Shown: positions 59,177 to 64,000 of the stretch, one piece after another
Numbering within the stretch: position 1 is the stretch's first letter
Layout: each line of letters begins with the position of its first letter
Source: Octopus sinensis
Lineage: Eukaryota
Direction: 5' to 3'
DNA length: 64,000 nt
Assembly: GCF_006345805.1 (NCBI RefSeq)
Contig: NC_043001.1
Coordinates: forward strand, 50,840,001-50,904,000
The notes under the pieces: model-generated
Database searches by the model: none
What the model was told of the DNA's origin: nothing
Seen by the model: only the letters and a program-made list of their open reading frames with translations
Made by a program: the position numbers and the translations under genes

Positions 59177-59415
59177 CAGTGGTTCTCAAAAAAGCTACTT
59201 TGGATGTATTTACAGCAAGAAACATCTCGGTTTGTTTCTTTAACATTTTACATAGTTCACCTTACAGGAGAAGATGTGTGAAAAAACAAAATAGTAATTT
59301 TGAAAGAAGCATAAAAAAATGTTTTTAAACATCTGCTGGCTATGGGGGTCCACAAAAATAGAATAGTAATCAAAAGGGTTCATAGACTAGACATAAAAAT
59401 GGTTGAGAACCACAG
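59177..59415. mobile_element. hAT-Charlie-type MITE
   Basis: TIRs cagtggttctcaa and ttgagaaccacag; TSD atataaag/atatagag (7 of 8 match). Confidence 0.82.
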
Positions 59416-59803
59416 ATATAGAGTCTAATCTCGCTGGCACATTTGGCTACTATTCCTAGCTGATCGAACCACTACACAGAATCCCATTCCTCGACAGTTG
59501 CAGATAATATTATGAAGCTATAAGGCAACGAGCTTTGAGGTCAATTCATTCGACTGGAAATTTTTCTAGGCGGTGCTCTAGCATGGCCGCGGTCTAATTA
59601 CTGAAATATATAAAAGATAAAAGAACTCATAGTATACTGAACAAATTGCAGGTTTCGCAAACCCTGTTTGTTTTTCATAAGGATTAAACTCCAATGGTAT
59701 CGATGAATATAATTTCTGCGGAGTTAGAGAACAGTTGTTGGCCTTTGAGGTAGAAATATATTTGACATTAGTGTTTGTTCATGTATCTGGAAGGGTGCAG
59801 TTG

Positions 59804-59847
<44 letters not shown>

Positions 59848-62800
59848 TTTATTGTAAAGAGAAGTGATCATCAATCTCATAGGCGAACCGTCATTCATGA
59901 ACACACTTCAACCACCAACCCATCAACACGCTATGCTCCCTCTCCGTCTTTTTTTTTACAGATATCATAATATTGTCTGCTTTTCTGGATTAGCTTATCA
60001 TCAATTTCATCTGTGTCACAAACTTGAACGTGCCCGTAAGGATTATGGTCACTGTATCTCTTTGGTTGGCAGATAACGAAAAAGAAAGAGAAAGAAAGAA
60101 AAACCCCTGATGTTATTCAATTTATTTTTATAGACTTTGTATTGTAGTAATTAAATACCCTGATTGAAAATTCTCGCCGCCCGCTGTCGGCGGGAATGTT
60201 TGCTTTATTAAGAAAATTTTCATCGATAGCCTGTTGAATTAGATCTGACAAGTTAGACCACCTAGATGTGAATGCTTTTTAGTCTGTGAAAATATGATTA
60301 GAACAGCTCACATTTGCGGCAAACGATGGGAAGAGGTGTCAGTTTGTATCTGAGTACTAAATACTTTCGATATAATTACTGTTACTTCCTAGAACATTAA
60401 TCAATAGCCTCAGTTGCTCACTTTATATGCAAAGGAAACCATGACATTCAGTAACAAGTCTGAACAGCTGCTGAGACAGGGATTTAAGTATTATCAGCGT
60501 AAGCCTATATTTGGTTACAGTACGACATTGATTATGGAAGCTGTGGGTGTCTCTTTATCTTTTAATATCAAAATTTCCATCGATACTCTCACCACTGGCA
60601 TCATATTCATAATATCAACATTGTTTCTATCTAATCCATAATGTTACTTCGTCAACAAGTTACGGACGTTATTATTGAATTTGTAAAAAGAGTAAATATA
60701 AACAACAGGAGGAGTTATATAGTTTGCTCATTTAAGCGTATGTTTTTAATATTTTATCAATTCATTTATTTTTGTTCAGCCACTAGAGAAATAGAAACAC
60801 GATTAAAAATTTAATATTGTACTAGACGCAAATTTCTCTTTTTAGTTACCAAACGGGAGATTACTTTTCAAACTCAGGAGAAGAAAACATTTGACACATC
60901 ATTAAAAATATGACTAGTACCACTAATAAGAATGTACTTAGATATCCGTAATTTAGTGTTGAGAATGTGCAAATTTGATAGTCGCTAATCGGCCTGAATA
61001 TTTTTCTTAACTCAAGCACGGATTATTGAGTTGACAAAGTCAAGAAAATGACGATTCATTATCATCTCATAGGCGTTGCATATGTCATCCATAACTAATA
61101 TACATATATTCTGACGGTCCAGTCATATAAGTTACAGTCGTGTAGCTCCTTCTAGATCAGCCCTGACCCAGCAGACATAATGTATGTTAGTTTTCTGAAC
61201 GACTTGGCGCAATCTGTAGATCCTTTGCACCAATAATACTACAACTCCATCTTGTTGAAGATCATATTGCATCTTTTGATTGATAAATGATTGAAGATCA
61301 TATTGCATCTTTTGATTGATAAATGGCGGTGTCCCAGCATGGCCACAGCTCGTGAGCTGAAACTAGAATCAATCAATCAATCAAACTATGTGATATGGTG
61401 ATGTCTCTTCGTTTTTCTATGGTTGTTGCTTAGTTCCGAGTCAGACTGGTTAGGCTTTGTTCTAGCTGTGACTGTCCTGCCCATCGCCACATATAAAGGT
61501 CTACATTGTCCAATGTTTTTCTTTTCGTAAGATAGTGCGGTGTGATCTAAGAGAATAGGTTGCTATTTCTAGCAGGTCTGGCAACCATATTAGCTCTGTA
61601 TATTTGTAGATTCTAATGGTGGCTATAACACAGCCGGTCAAAGTGAATTCGGTCCAACCAAGACAGCTGCTGCTCATTTACATTTAATATTGACGTAATG
61701 TATCTCGATTAATAATGAAACCGTTTTCTTGTTTATGCATTTCTATATTTATGTGAACTCTGCGGGAGTTACAGTGTTCTTAAAATATTATTGTAATAGT
61801 CCTGGGATGTTGCAAATGTGTTTGTTGGGAGATGGTTGTCTATGTAGTAGCACTATCTGCGAATGTTGGGGTTTCACATTTATAGATACAAGGAATTTGC
61901 ACCAGCAACTGTGCCCCTAGCATGTCCAGATGAACTTTCAACTTTCAGTATTTTTACTTCGTTGAGAAGCCGATGCGTTTGGTAGGTTAGTAATCTATTG
62001 TGACGTGGAGTATGGTGTTATTTTTATAGCAGATTTATAGTACGTTATGGTTTATGGTGGATCGAGGATTGTTTGTAAATAATTGCTGTTTCTATGTGTT
62101 AGTCAAACATGGTACCCAGCAGTGCATTAAATATATTTACGTGTTTCTGCTTTCTGTATTATGCTTTATTCTTGTATTGTGAATGTCGTAGAAATGTTGC
62201 ATGTAATTCCTAGTAATTTTGATGTTTAAGTAGCTATAAAAATACTGCGCTTCTTATGGCGAGTTTCTCTTGGCGAGTTCACTCTGTATAAATTGCATCC
62301 GAATGGCTAGGCTTCACTTTTAGATCTGGAAAACACTTGAGTCTTGAACTTGAAACCTCTTCTCAAGTAAGAGCTTTAGTGGAACGGTGGAGCTGCTACT
62401 TCATAACAAGCATCTTAGTGCAACCAAAAGAACGTCTTTAAACTGAGTGGCAAGAAGTCACTCATCAACACATTACAAACGCTGTCTGATTGCTCTGTCT
62501 CTTCCAACGATTCCGAGTCGGTATCTGTTTCTATGAACTAACTCTTGTATAACTTTCCATCCAAACCCGCACAATAGATACGTTTATCCTGTAATCGCTA
62601 CTACTGTGAAGGTTCTTAAACTAAATAATACCAGACTCTACCTAAAATATTAGTAAAACTATTTTTGCTACCCGCTGAATCATCATTTTATAAATGAAAC
62701 CTGAAAACAGAGTTTGTATATCCATATGATTTTTTTTTCTCCTGATGTTGGGAAAGTTTAAAAAGTTAAAAAATAAAACACCTTCTCAATGTCCCCTCCT

Positions 62801-63563
62801 CTCTTGAGAAGCACTGCCCTATTGTTTCGATCCTTCCAGATCCCTCACTGAAACAAAACCCCTCTCAAATCATTCCTTATTAGAAATGTATGCTTCTAGA
62901 ACTCCCCGACTCACTCGTTTTCCTGAGAACATTGTTCAACTGGTATTCAACTTCAATATCAACACAACTGACTTCAGGATCTGTACAGTCTAATTAGATA
63001 AAAGGTGCTGATCTTTCCCTTTGAATAATAAGAGCAATGAAGAGTAATGCTACATGATCACAGCTGTTCTTGTTGATTATTGAGTCGGTGGTTGATTGTC
63101 CTCAGTTAAAAAACCTGCCCTTATCACAAAAATTAACTAACACTCAGCCAATCAATTTGCATGTAAATATATAGTAAGGGGATGCACACATCGCTTAGCT
63201 GTAAATCAGTGTCGTACAGCAATACAGGAGGAGATTAGAGCATTGTATAATTGATGAGTGTTTCTTCGATTTATCATGGTTAGCTGAGATCCTATCTGGA
63301 CTGAACTTAAATTTGATCTCAAATCAAATTATAAAAATTAAAAATTCTTTTCCGATATGAATCGACTTCCAGATTTATACTGAATTTTCATCAAAATGTA
63401 TTTTTCAGTTCAATTAATTTTTTTTTTTCGTTTCACTTTCCTCCTTATTCGATTCTAGTTCAGGAAAACAATTCAGGTTTGTCAATTTAAAATTGAATCT
63501 CAAAAACAAAGAAAAAGAAATAAAAAAAAATGGAGTTCTTTGGCCAATATAATTATTATTCTC

Positions 63564-63780
63564 AAGGCGGTGAACTGGCAGAATGGTTAGTACGCAGGTC
63601 AAAATTGCTTAGCGGCATTTCATCCTTCTTTGTGTTCTGATTTGAAATTTCACCGAGGTTAACTTTGCATTTCATCCTTTCGGGATCGATAAAATAAGTT
63701 CCAGTTGATAACAGGGATCGATGTAATCGAATTACTCCTCCCGCCAAATTGCTGACCTTGTGTCAAAATTTGAAATCAGT
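63564..63780 (+). mobile_element. SINE family A copy
   Basis: Head aaggcggtgaactggcagaatggttag; core tttcatccttcgggatcgataaaataag. Confidence 0.8.
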
Positions 63781-64000
63781 ATAATTATTCTTCTTCAAAG
63801 TTTTAAATTTATTATCGATCAAATTTTACATGTTAGCCTTTCTCGTTGTTGGAGGAAAATCTGTATGCAATTTGCATGAATTGGCCAATACGAGGCTACT
63901 GAAGACACCATGTACTAGCAAAACGTGTGTCTTAAACACACAGCTATGCGATGTTAACCTATCAAATATATAATCGATATTCCTGAGACATTATTTCTGT

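Noticed and set aside
62250-62620. Higher-complexity stretch that looked exon-like
   Set aside because: The frames I translated on both strands had stops or no recognisable protein similarity.

Overview
AT-rich, microsatellite-saturated eukaryotic intergenic or intronic DNA. It is most likely from a cephalopod (octopus-type), which I infer from the recalled SINE repertoire and have not checked against a database. No host protein-coding gene is securely recognisable, and nearly all ORFs in the track are microsatellite read-throughs or TE debris. The window holds decayed TEs: a FLYWCH-MULE, three mariner fragments, hAT elements with TSDs, a Helitron RepHel fragment, a 5'-truncated RTE LINE, several RLE-type (R4/Dong-like and other) LINE ends, at least four tRNA-derived SINE families, and a GG-ended MITE with an 8-bp TSD carrying TTAGGG repeats. 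The main discovery is a 3.4-kb tandem array of a ~480-bp unit (13981-17382). Every complete unit carries a type I hammerhead-ribozyme motif (CUGAUGA...GAAA, 7-bp stem I, AUA cleavage triplet), so the array looks like a non-LTR retrozyme or ribozyme satellite, and it ends in a ~710-bp fold-back. Several further, sequence-unrelated hammerhead motifs sit in (TA)n-flanked, often palindromic elements (13.2, 20.5, 20.7, 40.3-40.6, 52.8, 53.9 kb). All structures were read by eye; catalytic activity, expression and assembly correctness are untested.
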